From: an uncultured bacterium | GTDB taxonomy: Bacteria; Cyanobacteriota; Vampirovibrionia; Gastranaerophilales; Gastranaerophilaceae | NCBI GenBank assembly: GCA_949283255.1 | Contig: CASDRS010000001.1 | Coordinates: forward strand, 51,749 to 115,748 | Direction of reading: 5' to 3' | Length of the DNA stretch: 64,000 nt | Part shown: one piece after another, positions 43,807-53,731 of the stretch | Position numbering within the stretch: position 1 is the first letter of the stretch | Layout: each line of letters begins with the position of its first letter | Notes under the pieces: model-generated | Databases searched by the model: none | Told to the model about the DNA's origin: nothing | Seen by the model: the letters and a program-made list of their open reading frames with translations, nothing else | Made by a program: the position numbers and the translations under genes

Positions 43807-44346
43807 ATGTTGGATACAAAAAATAGCATACTTTTAGTAATAGATATTCAGGAAAGACTTGTTGCAGCATTGGATAAGGATGTAATTGTCAATCGCGTTG
43901 GCAAGCTTGTTGATGCGGCTAATATTTTGGACGTTCCTGTTATTGCATCAGAACAATATCCGAAAGGTCTTGGACATACAGTTCCTGTTATAGGACAAAA
44001 GTTTAACGATAGTACTTATGTTATAGAAAAAACTTCTTTTTCTCTTTTGAGAGAAGAAGGCTTTTTAGAAAAGTTAAAATCTTATGGAAGAAAGCAGATC
44101 GTTATTTGCGGTATCGAAACTCATATTTGTGTTCATCAGACTGCTGAAGAGCTTATTAAGGAAGGTTTTGAAGTTGTTGTTGCAAAGGATGCTTGTGCTA
44201 GTCGTAGTAAGTACGAGTTTAAGCAGGGAATTGAAGCTATGCAGGGCAATGGCGCAAAAATTTCTTGTGTTGAGATAATTTTGTTTGAATGGTTGAGAGG
44301 GGCAAAACATCCTAAATTTAAGGAAGTTCAAGCTTTAATTAAATAG
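43807..44346 (+). CDS. isochorismatase-family hydrolase
   Basis: 179 aa with LLVIDIQ near the N-terminus and the catalytic-Cys region VICGIETHICV. Its ATG abuts the upstream stop. Confidence 0.8.
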   Translation: MLDTKNSILLVIDIQERLVAALDKDVIVNRVGKLVDAANILDVPVIASEQYPKGLGHTVPVIGQKFNDSTYVIEKTSFSLLREEGFLEKLKSYGRKQIVICGIETHICVHQTAEELIKEGFEVVVAKDACASRSKYEFKQGIEAMQGNGAKISCVEIILFEWLRGAKHPKFKEVQALIK

Positions 44347-45241
44347 ATATAGAGTTGTTTATATCTTTCTGGATTTGTTTTTTCAATTCTTCAATGGAGT
44401 TGAATTTCTTCTCTGCTCTTAGCATTTTTATAAATTCAATTTTAATATTCTCATTATAGATATCTTTATCGAAATTAAGAATATGAGTTTCTACCGTGCA
44501 TTGTTCTGTGGTAGAGACGGTAGGACGGATTCCAAAATTTGTAACACCTTTGTAGGTTTTATTTTGGTATGTGATTATAGTTGCATAAGCTCCAAACGGC
44601 AAGTCTATAAGTTCATTCGGGTACAGTACGTTAGCTGTTCTAAAACCGATTTTTCGGCCTAACTGTTGACCTGTTATAACTTTGCCTTCAAGTTGAAATT
44701 TGTAGCCAAGCATTTTGTTGGCAGTTTCTATTTGACCATTTGAGAGCAGTTGTCGAATTTTTGTACTGCTTATTGTTTCTCCGTTGAGTTTTTCTGCTTC
44801 TGTTTTATTGTATATATAATTATATACGTGTGACATTTTTTCAAGAAATTCAGGAGAACCTGTTTTGCCTGCACCAAAGTGGTGATTAAAGCCTGTTGAT
44901 ATTCCGATTGGACTGAAGTTTTTTATAATAATATCTTTTAAGTATTCTTGAGCACTAAGGTTTGCTATCTTTGCAAAGTCAAATTCATACAGATAATCAA
45001 CTCCGAGCTCGGCAATTTTTTCTTGGCGCTCTTTTCTTGTCAAAATATATTTAGGGCATACTCCATAGAAAAAACAGCATGGATGGTCTTTAAAAGTTAT
45101 TACTGCAGATTTTGTCCCATTGCTTTTAGCTAATTCCACGGCTTTTTTTATGACTTTTTGGTGTCCAAGATGTACACCGTCAAAGTATCCCATTGCCAAT
45201 GACAGTTTTTTTTGTTGTGTCGGTTCTGAAAAAATCTTCAT
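44339..45241 (-). CDS. ribF: bifunctional riboflavin kinase / FMN adenylyltransferase
   Basis: GYFDGVHLGHQ near the N-terminus and a riboflavin kinase C-terminal half (GFRTANV and VETHILNF). Confidence 0.9.
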   Translation of the reverse strand: MKIFSEPTQQKKLSLAMGYFDGVHLGHQKVIKKAVELAKSNGTKSAVITFKDHPCCFFYGVCPKYILTRKERQEKIAELGVDYLYEFDFAKIANLSAQEYLKDIIIKNFSPIGISTGFNHHFGAGKTGSPEFLEKMSHVYNYIYNKTEAEKLNGETISSTKIRQLLSNGQIETANKMLGYKFQLEGKVITGQQLGRKIGFRTANVLYPNELIDLPFGAYATIITYQNKTYKGVTNFGIRPTVSTTEQCTVETHILNFDKDIYNENIKIEFIKMLRAEKKFNSIEELKKQIQKDINNSISI

Positions 45242-45268
45242 AGATAAATTATATTACAAAATAAATTG

Positions 45269-45277
45269 TGATATAAT
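45269..45277 (+). promoter_or_regulatory. extended -10 promoter element
   Basis: TGATATAAT (TGnTATAAT), 23 nt upstream of the rpiB ATG. Confidence 0.35.
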
Positions 45278-45299
45278 AACGACAAAAGGAGTATTTATC

Positions 45300-45734
45300 A
45301 TGAGAATTGCTATTGGTGCCGATCACGGCGGTTTTGATTATAAGAATAAAATATTGGCTCATCTGAAAGATAAGGGGTATGAGATAAAAGATTTCGGAAC
45401 TTATTCGAGTGATTCTTGTGATTATCCTGTTTTTGCGAAAGCTGTTGCCGAGGCTGTTGCCGGTGGTGAATTCGATCGTGGTATTTTAATCTGCGGTACT
45501 GGTATTGGGATGTCGATTGCGGCTAATAAGGTTAAAGGTATTCGTGCGGCATTGTGTTCTGATACTTTTTCTGCTCATGCTACAAGAGAACATAATGATT
45601 CCAATGTGTTGTGTCTTGGGGCAAGAGTTATCGGAGATCAGTTGGCTTTAGATATTGTGGATATGTGGTTAAAAACTGATTTCTCTGCCGGTGAACGTCA
45701 TATAAGACGTATCAAAATGTTGGAAGATGTTTAG
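45300..45734 (+). CDS. rpiB: ribose-5-phosphate isomerase B
   Basis: MRIAIGADHGGF, ILICGTGIGMSIAANK and HNDSNVL. The ATG at 45300 follows AAAGGAG. The track ORF extension from 45120 runs antisense to ribF. Confidence 0.9.
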   Translation: MRIAIGADHGGFDYKNKILAHLKDKGYEIKDFGTYSSDSCDYPVFAKAVAEAVAGGEFDRGILICGTGIGMSIAANKVKGIRAALCSDTFSAHATREHNDSNVLCLGARVIGDQLALDIVDMWLKTDFSAGERHIRRIKMLEDV

Positions 45735-48123
45735 AAATTCTTTAAATGAATTTGTTCAAAATAAAAATGCAATAATGTTTTTGACTGCCATGTTTTTTAT
45801 GGCAGGGATTCTGGCATATTTTAATAATTGTTTGCTGGTTGTGTCCTTGATTGTAACTATATTGTTGTGTATTCTGGCTTTGAACAGATTTGTTTCTTAT
45901 AAATATGTTTTGTTATGGGGGATAGTTTTTTATATTGGTTTCTTTAATGCTTTTTTGCGTGTTGGAAATGATGATCCTCTTGTTCATTATGCGCCGGATG
46001 ATGTTGTTTTAACGGGTAGGATTGTGTCAATCCCTGCAGGCAATACTGCGGATAGGGTTAAGTTTTTCTTTAGGGTTTTTGATGTTAACGGGGTGTCTTT
46101 AAAAGGTAAGACTTTTGTTCAGGTAGATGACGAAAGTGGAGATTTTAGCAAGCTTAAGATTGGGAATGTTTATCGAATGGGCGGGAAGTTAAGATGTCCT
46201 TTTAAGGCGGGTAATCCTTCTCAATTTGATTATGGTAAGTATTTAAAGAATTTCAACACTTATACGGTTTTTTATGCAAACAGTTCCGATTGTAAGTTGG
46301 TATCAGCAAAACTTCCGTTGAATTGGCGGTTTGTTCAAGGGTTAAATAATTTGAGAAATGGGATTATTCAGACTCATGCAAAGTATTTGAAATCTCCTGA
46401 TTTGGAAATTTTGGGCGGAATTGTGTTTGGTGATGATGCTGTTGCTCCGCCTGATTATATTAAAGATTGTTTTAAAAATTCAGGCCTGCTGCATATATTG
46501 GCGGCTTCCGGCATGAATGTGGCTTTTATTTACGGGTTTTGGTATTTTATTTTGAGAAGGTTGAGGTTACCTTATAAATTTACTGTCGTTTCCGGCATGG
46601 GGGTTGTTATTCTTTATACTCTTATGACGGGACTTGGAGCTTCTGTAATCAGGGCAGCTTTAATGCTTTTGTTCGTATTGGTCGGAAAGCTTATTGACAG
46701 GGATGCTCACAGTGTATCTTTGTTGGCGTTTGTGGCTTCTCTTATGTTAATCTATAATCCGGCTTTTATAAACGATGTTGGATTCCAATTATCATTTATT
46801 GTTACTTTCGGTTTATTGACTACGGCAAATGCTGTTATGGGGCATTTGCATGATTTGAAGGTTCCGGATTGGCTTTACGCTGAAATATTGATTCCTGTTG
46901 TTGCTCAGGTTTGGGTGGCGCCTATTCAGATGTTTTATTTTAACAGTTTCAGTACTTATTCGGTTTTTGCTAATCTTTCTATAATGCCGTTTTTGAGTGT
47001 TATAAGTTTTGGCGGGTTTGTAAGTTCAGTGCTTGCAATTATTAGGCCGATTGCTGACCCTGTTTGTATGGTGTTCGATTTTGTTTTGAAATTCTTTTTG
47101 GATGTTCTGGTTTGGATTTCAAAGTTTTTTTCGGATTTGCCTTTTGCTCTGATTGAGACAACTCACCCTTCAATATTCCAGATTGTATTATTTTATGTGG
47201 CTGTTCTCTTAATTACGTTGATGTTTAAGATTGGGTTTACAAAGAAGATTTGTGGGGCTGTTTTGGCTATATGTTTAGTTCTTTTAGTTTCCGTAATTCC
47301 GTTGAAAAATCATAATTTGGAGGTTATAGCTTTTGATGTCGGGAATGCTGATGCGTTTTTGTTGAAAACTCCTAGAAATAAGTACTTTATTATTGATTCC
47401 GGGAAAGCGTCTTTTAAGGGTGGGTCTTCTCAGGCGAAGGTGATTGTTTTGAAATATTTAAAAGATCGAGGAGTTAAAAATATTGAAGGCCTTGTTATAA
47501 CTCATTTTGATAATGACCATTCCGGTGGTGTTGTTGATTTGGTTAAAAATTTAAAAATAAAAAAGGTTTATGTAAATTCTTTTGAAAAATCCAATTTTAC
47601 TTCCAAAAATATTTTTGAAGCTTTAAGTGAACATAATATGGTTCCAATATTGGCACAAAATAATGAAATTATATATTTAGAGGACGGCTTGAGTATAAAA
47701 ACTTATGTTGCCAAATTAAATTCAGATAATGAAAATTCTATAATTACTCTTGTGCAATACGGTAAATTTGAAGAGCTGTTTATGGGAGATGCTGGTGTAG
47801 AGGCTTTTGATAAGTTGAAAAGTTCTATTAATATAAATAATTTGGAAGTTTTAAAAGTCGGACATCATGGTGGTAAAAATGTTGTTTCTGCTGATATGAT
47901 AGCAGGTTTAAATCCTGAAGTTTCCCTGATTTCTACAGGCTTGAACAGGTATGGGCACCCAAATAGGGTTACTGTCGATATATTGAGAGATACTGATATT
48001 TACAGGACAGATCAAAATAACGCAATTAAGGTTTCTGTTGCGCAAAATGGTACGTATAAAGTTTTGACGTTTGACAGTATCACAAGAAAATTTAGGCATT
48101 ATAAGGATTATAAAGCCCGTTAG
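45727..48123 (+). CDS. comEC: DNA internalization competence protein ComEC/Rec2
   Basis: 798 aa. It has an N-terminal TM/OB region, a polytopic competence domain (GLLHILAASGMNV) and a C-terminal MBL domain (HFDNDHSGG and GHHG). Confidence 0.88.
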   Translation: MFRNSLNEFVQNKNAIMFLTAMFFMAGILAYFNNCLLVVSLIVTILLCILALNRFVSYKYVLLWGIVFYIGFFNAFLRVGNDDPLVHYAPDDVVLTGRIVSIPAGNTADRVKFFFRVFDVNGVSLKGKTFVQVDDESGDFSKLKIGNVYRMGGKLRCPFKAGNPSQFDYGKYLKNFNTYTVFYANSSDCKLVSAKLPLNWRFVQGLNNLRNGIIQTHAKYLKSPDLEILGGIVFGDDAVAPPDYIKDCFKNSGLLHILAASGMNVAFIYGFWYFILRRLRLPYKFTVVSGMGVVILYTLMTGLGASVIRAALMLLFVLVGKLIDRDAHSVSLLAFVASLMLIYNPAFINDVGFQLSFIVTFGLLTTANAVMGHLHDLKVPDWLYAEILIPVVAQVWVAPIQMFYFNSFSTYSVFANLSIMPFLSVISFGGFVSSVLAIIRPIADPVCMVFDFVLKFFLDVLVWISKFFSDLPFALIETTHPSIFQIVLFYVAVLLITLMFKIGFTKKICGAVLAICLVLLVSVIPLKNHNLEVIAFDVGNADAFLLKTPRNKYFIIDSGKASFKGGSSQAKVIVLKYLKDRGVKNIEGLVITHFDNDHSGGVVDLVKNLKIKKVYVNSFEKSNFTSKNIFEALSEHNMVPILAQNNEIIYLEDGLSIKTYVAKLNSDNENSIITLVQYGKFEELFMGDAGVEAFDKLKSSININNLEVLKVGHHGGKNVVSADMIAGLNPEVSLISTGLNRYGHPNRVTVDILRDTDIYRTDQNNAIKVSVAQNGTYKVLTFDSITRKFRHYKDYKAR

Positions 48124-49892
48124 TTTGCGTTATAGCCAAGTTTAAGAGCAGTACTGAAGGCTTTTTCTGCTTCTTTACTTTTTCCGAGATTGCTTAAGGC
48201 AACACCTTTATAATAATATGCACCTCCGCAATTTCTATCTATTAATAGAGCTTTGTTTGCATATAGTAAAGCATTTATATTTGCTTGCGTATTAAGTGAA
48301 ACACAAGCTATTCCAAGGTAGTTGTATATATCTGTCGGGTCAAGTTCTATTGCCTTTGAGTAGCCGTCCAGAGCTTCTTCAAATTTGCCTGTTTCTTGTA
48401 GTGCCCAAGCTTTTCTGTAGTGTGCGTAGGCGTAGTCTTTATCAATAAGTAAGGCTTTGTTTGCCCATAGCATTGATTGTTTTAAATCTTTTAGTTTGGA
48501 ATAAATATATGAAATATTTACGTAAGCGTCTATGTATCTGTCATTTCTTGCTATACATTCTTTGTAGAATTCTATTGCTTCATTATATTTTTTCATTTCT
48601 TGCAATGCCCAGGCTTTTCTAAAATATGAGTAGGCATCTTCTTTATCCAAAATTATTGCTCTGTTTGCGTATTCCATGGATTTTTCATAGTCTTTAAGCA
48701 TTGAATAACAATATGAAATCCATTGATAGCAATCAACATCCGTTTTGTCATAGTCAAGAGAATCTTTGTAACTCTCAATTGCCTCTTCGTATTTATCCAT
48801 ATCCGTAAGAATTCTTGCTTTTCTATAGTGGATATATGATGAGTTTTTTTCTATCTTTAAAGCTTTTTCTACATATTCATAGGCTTCTTCATTTTTATTC
48901 AATTGGGAAAGGCAATATGAAATGCTTGATAAAACTTTTGCGTCTTTTTTGTTATATGAAAGCAAAATTTTATATACGTCTATAGCTTTTTCATATTCTT
49001 CTTCCTGTTCTAAAAATGTTGCCAGTATTTGATACACTGGTTCATTGTCTCCAGGAAGCGCTAGCGCAAACTTGTAGTAATGAAGTGCTTTTTTAGGTTG
49101 ATTTGCTCTTTCATAAAGTTTAGCTAATTTTATGACTATCCATTTTTTATTTTCTGTCGTGTAATATAAATTTTTTAGTATATCATGCGCTTCTTTGTAT
49201 CTGCCTCTATAAGAAATGCAGTCAGCCTTTTTCTCCATTAAATCTTGATTGCTGTACATTTCAAGACATTTGGCTATGAAAATTTCTGTATTATCAATGT
49301 CTTGCATTTCGCTGTAGCAATCAGCTAAGTTGTAATACAGGTTAAATTTGTCTTTATATCCTGTGTCGAGTGCTAGTTTATAATAGTACTCAGCATTTAC
49401 GGGATCTTCTTTTACTGCATCATATACAAGTCCTATATTATAAAGATATGGAGCTGTATTATCATTTTCTTTGATTAGCTCTCTAAATAATTCTTCTGCG
49501 TGTTCGTAATCTTCACAAAAGTTGTAAAAAATTATCAGAAAAGTTTTATTGAAGAAGTTGTTTTGATTTAGACGTTCCGCCATTTTGCAATATTTTAGAG
49601 TTTCTTTTTTATTACCTTCTTTTGCATATCCAAAAGCAATTCTAATATAGCCGTATGCATAATTCTTATCCAATTTTACGGCTTTTTTTGCATATTCAAT
49701 TGATTTTTTGTAATTTTTCAAAAAAACGTAAGTTTTTGATAAATATGCATATTTTTCAGCACTCATTTTATGAGCTTTTATATCGCTTTCTAATTGGTCT
49801 CTTATCGCTTCAGCGTTAGCGAATGATATAAATGTTGTTGCATTTTCGTATTTTGTATAAAAATTGTCGAACACAGTAACCTCTCCATTCAT
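48120..49892 (-). CDS. tetratricopeptide-repeat (TPR) protein
   Basis: 590 aa of serial TPR units (repeated YAYxHYRKAWALQExGKYEEAI-type units). Confidence 0.8.
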   Translation of the reverse strand: MNGEVTVFDNFYTKYENATTFISFANAEAIRDQLESDIKAHKMSAEKYAYLSKTYVFLKNYKKSIEYAKKAVKLDKNYAYGYIRIAFGYAKEGNKKETLKYCKMAERLNQNNFFNKTFLIIFYNFCEDYEHAEELFRELIKENDNTAPYLYNIGLVYDAVKEDPVNAEYYYKLALDTGYKDKFNLYYNLADCYSEMQDIDNTEIFIAKCLEMYSNQDLMEKKADCISYRGRYKEAHDILKNLYYTTENKKWIVIKLAKLYERANQPKKALHYYKFALALPGDNEPVYQILATFLEQEEEYEKAIDVYKILLSYNKKDAKVLSSISYCLSQLNKNEEAYEYVEKALKIEKNSSYIHYRKARILTDMDKYEEAIESYKDSLDYDKTDVDCYQWISYCYSMLKDYEKSMEYANRAIILDKEDAYSYFRKAWALQEMKKYNEAIEFYKECIARNDRYIDAYVNISYIYSKLKDLKQSMLWANKALLIDKDYAYAHYRKAWALQETGKFEEALDGYSKAIELDPTDIYNYLGIACVSLNTQANINALLYANKALLIDRNCGGAYYYKGVALSNLGKSKEAEKAFSTALKLGYNAN

Positions 49893-50007
49893 GTATATTT
49901 ACGGGTAGAAACAGCTCAAACTTTAAGGTTTTTAGTAAATATTTACAAAAATTGACAATTTGAAAAAAAAGTTCCAAACTAATATAATATATACTGGATA
50001 TTCGGAT

Positions 50008-51855
50008 ATGAAAAAATTATTTACTATATTAATTTTATTTATTGCATTTACGCTAAGTTTCGTATCAAGTGCTTTCGCAGAAGGTACCTTTAAAATTACT
50101 GCGGCAAATCTTGATACTTCTAATGCACTTATTTCTCTTACTTCGTCTCATTTGACAGAGATGGGAGATATAGGCTCTATTAAAGTTATACATCTTAAAA
50201 ATCCGACCAGATTGTATTTTGATCTTCCAAATACAATACTTTCAATTCCAAAGAAAAGCTGGCAATTTGCCTATGGCGGTATAAAACAGATTAGAATATC
50301 ACAGTTTTCAACAAACCCTAATATAGTAAGGGTTGTTATTTATTATGATGATGATTTTGATATGTCAAAGTTGCAGTTCTTGAAGGTTCAGAATAATGTT
50401 ATTATCAAATTGAAAAATGCTTTGGCTCAAAATCCTTTTATGCAAAATACTTATCGTGATGATCATGCTTCATCTAGCGATTTTTACGAGTATATGACCG
50501 TATCGGAATCAGTCAACCAGAATGATACATTAAGCCAAATTAATAATGCGTTTAATACTCAGTCTTTCCAAAAACAAGAGCTGAGATTGAATACGAAATT
50601 TTATGTAGATAGAGTTTCAGCTAAGAATGGTGCGGTTTTATTAGGCGGTATGGGATCAGTAGGTATAGAAAAACCTATGATATTATCTAATCCGTCGAGA
50701 ATCATATTTGATTTGCCTAACACTCTTGTTAATCAAAGCTTAAGAAATAAAGAGTACAGTCTTGGCGGTGCTGACAAGTTTAAAATAGGTCAGTTTTCCG
50801 TCAATAAGGCTAGAGTTGTTATAACTACTCCTGATGTTACAAAATATATTCCTATATATTCTAAAGATAATCAGGCCCTTCTTATCGGAAATACTGAAAA
50901 AATTAGTTATGATATGATTACCGGCAGTGATGGAAGTATCACAGGGTTTTCTGATTATAAAATAGATGATCAATCAAGTGCTATGACTTTGAATTTCAAT
51001 ACAGCATTGATTCATGGTTTTGATAGGACAAATACTCAAGTTATTGCTTATTTGTATAATATTTCTAATTTTAATAAAGAGGCTTTTCAAAAGGCTTTTG
51101 ACGGAACTCCATTTGAAAAGGCAGAAATTACAACTCAACCAAAGGGTTTGAAGTTAACAATACCAATTGAGTACGGAAGTCTTGTAACAGCATTTACCGG
51201 TGCAGACGGTAAATCTTTAAAAATTCAAATAAAAGCGCCTCGCCAACAGGAAGAAAAGAAGGAAACAGTCTCAACTCCTGTGACAGTTCCGGTTATAACT
51301 GTTCCAAAAGGTACAACAGGGAAACATAAGGTTGTAATCGATGCCGGTCATGGTGGTTCTGATGTCGGAGCGACAAGAAACGGTACGCATGAAAAATTTA
51401 TAACACTTGATGTTGCCAAAAGAGTTGAAAAGTTGTTGAAAGCTCAAGGGTATGGGGTTTTGATGACTCGTACCGGTGATACGTTTGTATCTTTATCTGA
51501 TAGGGTAACAATGAGTGAAGAATACGAACCTGATATATTTGTAAGTATTCACGTAAACTCAAGTACAAGTGAATCTTCCAAAGGTATAGAAACTCATTAT
51601 TATCATCAGGAAAGTATTCCTCTGGCGCAAACGGTTCACGCTTCTTTGGCAAGTGCGATTGATTCGCCAAACAGAGGTTTGTTTAAGTCAAAATTTTACG
51701 TAATTAATCATACAACTGATCCTGCGATTTTGGTAGAAATCGGGTTTATTTCAAATACATCAGAAAGAGCAGCTTTGTTGGGAGAAGCTCGTAAGCAGGC
51801 TACAGCAAAGGCTATTGTGGAGGGGATTAACAATTATTTCAAAAACAGTAAATAG
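50008..51855 (+). CDS. N-acetylmuramoyl-L-alanine amidase with two AMIN domains (AmiC-like)
   Basis: A signal peptide is followed by two AMIN-like modules (NPTRLYFDLPNT and NPSRIIFDLPNT) and an Amidase_3 domain (VVIDAGHGGSDVGA, SIHVNS and VEIGFISN). The ATG at 50008 is preferred. Confidence 0.88.
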   Translation: MKKLFTILILFIAFTLSFVSSAFAEGTFKITAANLDTSNALISLTSSHLTEMGDIGSIKVIHLKNPTRLYFDLPNTILSIPKKSWQFAYGGIKQIRISQFSTNPNIVRVVIYYDDDFDMSKLQFLKVQNNVIIKLKNALAQNPFMQNTYRDDHASSSDFYEYMTVSESVNQNDTLSQINNAFNTQSFQKQELRLNTKFYVDRVSAKNGAVLLGGMGSVGIEKPMILSNPSRIIFDLPNTLVNQSLRNKEYSLGGADKFKIGQFSVNKARVVITTPDVTKYIPIYSKDNQALLIGNTEKISYDMITGSDGSITGFSDYKIDDQSSAMTLNFNTALIHGFDRTNTQVIAYLYNISNFNKEAFQKAFDGTPFEKAEITTQPKGLKLTIPIEYGSLVTAFTGADGKSLKIQIKAPRQQEEKKETVSTPVTVPVITVPKGTTGKHKVVIDAGHGGSDVGATRNGTHEKFITLDVAKRVEKLLKAQGYGVLMTRTGDTFVSLSDRVTMSEEYEPDIFVSIHVNSSTSESSKGIETHYYHQESIPLAQTVHASLASAIDSPNRGLFKSKFYVINHTTDPAILVEIGFISNTSERAALLGEARKQATAKAIVEGINNYFKNSK

Positions 51856-52636
51856 TAAGAATAAACCTATAGGATTTTTTGATTCCGGCGTTGGCGGATT
51901 GACTGTTTTTTCTGAGTTTAGAAAGTTGATGCCTAACGAGGATTGTGTGTATTTTGGTGATACCAAGAATATGCCTTACGGTGAAAAATCAAAAGAACAG
52001 TTGATTAACTTTTCTAAAAGAGCATTTGAATTTTTTGAGAAGAAAAATGTTAAGGCTGTCGTGATGGCATGTAATACAACATCTGCAACTGTTTATGATG
52101 TTTTGAAAAATGATTACCCCTTTAAGTTGTATCCGATAATCCAGTCTGTAAGCAAAATTTTGGCACAGCTTCCTGCAAGCAAAATTGGCGTTTTTGCAAC
52201 GCCTGCTACTATAAAGTCAAAGGCTTATTCAATTAATATTAATAAGTTTGATAAGAGTAAAGAAATCATAGAGATTGCTTGTCCTGAATGGGTGAAGCTT
52301 GTAGAAGAAGGAAAGGAAAATTCCCCTGAGGCTTTTAGGTCAATAAAAGAAAAATTGGATGAGATGATGAGATATAATCCTGAAAAAATAGTTTTGGGAT
52401 GTACGCATTATCCTTATTTGTTGAAGCAGTTGTCTCAAGTTGCAGGAAAAGATATTTTTATTAATCCCGCAAAGTATTTTGTTGAGTATATAAAATCAGA
52501 TTTAGAAAGCTTGGATATGATATCAACTGCATCCGAAAAAGGTAGCGAAGCTTTTTACACCAGTGCTTCTCCGGAGAATTTCAGGGTTGCTGCAGGGTTG
52601 TTTTATGCAATAAAAGACTTGCCTCAAAAATTGTAA
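51815..52636 (+). CDS. murI: glutamate racemase
   Basis: FFDSGVGGLTV, ACNTTSA and GCTHYP. The only in-frame start upstream of the conserved N-terminus is the TTG at 51815, which overlaps the amidase gene by 41 nt, so the start is uncertain. Confidence 0.85.
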   Translation: MWRGLTIISKTVNSKNKPIGFFDSGVGGLTVFSEFRKLMPNEDCVYFGDTKNMPYGEKSKEQLINFSKRAFEFFEKKNVKAVVMACNTTSATVYDVLKNDYPFKLYPIIQSVSKILAQLPASKIGVFATPATIKSKAYSININKFDKSKEIIEIACPEWVKLVEEGKENSPEAFRSIKEKLDEMMRYNPEKIVLGCTHYPYLLKQLSQVAGKDIFINPAKYFVEYIKSDLESLDMISTASEKGSEAFYTSASPENFRVAAGLFYAIKDLPQKL

Positions 52637-52714
52637 AGTTTTCTTAAAGTGCTAGCAAAAAAAAATTTTCTTTGTTTTAGAATAAGTGTAGAAGACAAAA
52701 TTGTTTGGTGAGAC

Positions 52715-53731
52715 ATGAATATACAACCTTTAAATTATAACTTTACCCGAAGACATCGATACAGATCTGATTATGATCATACGAACCCTAAGACTGTGGA
52801 GAGAAGTGCGGGTTTGTGCGACAAAAAAATGGATAATAATATAACGTTTAGCGGTAGCCAGGATAAGAGTGTGGCTGCCGCTAATACATTTATGGGAAAA
52901 ATCCTGAAAAGCGGGGCTTTTAATTGGCTCGCAGAATTTTCCGGAGCTCATAATATTGCAAGTTCAGCTTTAATAGCATTGTTCTTGGCAGGGCTCTTAA
53001 GACCGGCAGCAACAGTTGCTCTTCCTGGTAAGAAGGATAAAGATGATAAAATTTATGCTGCAGGTCACTCAATGGCTTCAGGTATTATCGGATTTATATT
53101 CTCAACTGTTGTTACAAGTCCTCTTGATTCCGGAAGTAAATTCTTTATAGAAGACGGTCAGAAAATGAGTAAGGCCGATTTTGCAAAACTTTCTGAAGCT
53201 GAAGTTAGAAAGATTTTGGAAGAAAAATTCTCAATGACTGAAGAAGAAATTGATAAGTGCATTAAAGAAAACAAAGCTGAAGGAAAAATTGCAAGAAGAT
53301 TTGATAAAGGTATGAGGATTATAACCTCAAAGACAGATAAGATGAACGCTTTGAAAGCTGAGTTGAAATCTACAACAGATGCAATAAGACGCAAGGCTTT
53401 AGGTGATGAAATAAGAAACTTGCAGAGCCATATTAAGGCAATTGATACTACAATGCATAACGTGGTTGACTGGGGTATCGCAGTACCAAGAGCTATGTTG
53501 ACAATTGCTTTAATTCCTCCAATTTTGAAATATGTATTTAGATTGGAGAAAAAGAAACCTGCAGCTCCTAAACCGGATGCACAACAAGTTCAGCAGGCTC
53601 AGCAGACACTACAAACTCAGCAAGCGCAGTCAGCACCTGCCGTTCAGCCGGCTCAGCAAGTTGCATCGCAAAATGTTTCAGAAAACGGCGTGAAGGTATC
53701 AATGAAAGATTTTATTGGAGGTAAGCAGTAA
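52715..53731 (+). CDS. orphan 3-TM membrane protein, paralog 1
   Basis: 338 aa. The layout is a polar N-terminus, two TM helices, a helical insert of about 110 aa, a third TM helix and a Q/A/P-rich tail. SD GGTGAGA. Confidence 0.55.
   Translation: MNIQPLNYNFTRRHRYRSDYDHTNPKTVERSAGLCDKKMDNNITFSGSQDKSVAAANTFMGKILKSGAFNWLAEFSGAHNIASSALIALFLAGLLRPAATVALPGKKDKDDKIYAAGHSMASGIIGFIFSTVVTSPLDSGSKFFIEDGQKMSKADFAKLSEAEVRKILEEKFSMTEEEIDKCIKENKAEGKIARRFDKGMRIITSKTDKMNALKAELKSTTDAIRRKALGDEIRNLQSHIKAIDTTMHNVVDWGIAVPRAMLTIALIPPILKYVFRLEKKKPAAPKPDAQQVQQAQQTLQTQQAQSAPAVQPAQQVASQNVSENGVKVSMKDFIGGKQ

Noticed and set aside
45120-45299. N-terminal extension of the rpiB ORF in the track (start 45120).
   Set aside because: The extension is antisense to the 5-prime end of ribF and has no similarity to RpiB. 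The conserved RpiB N-terminus (MRIAIGADHGG) begins at 45300, right after AAAGGAG.
49952-49988. Perfect TTGACA and perfect TATAAT upstream of the amidase gene.
   Set aside because: The two hexamers are 25 nt apart, far from the 16-18 nt optimum, and no good partner hexamer lies at the right distance from either. It is not called as a promoter.
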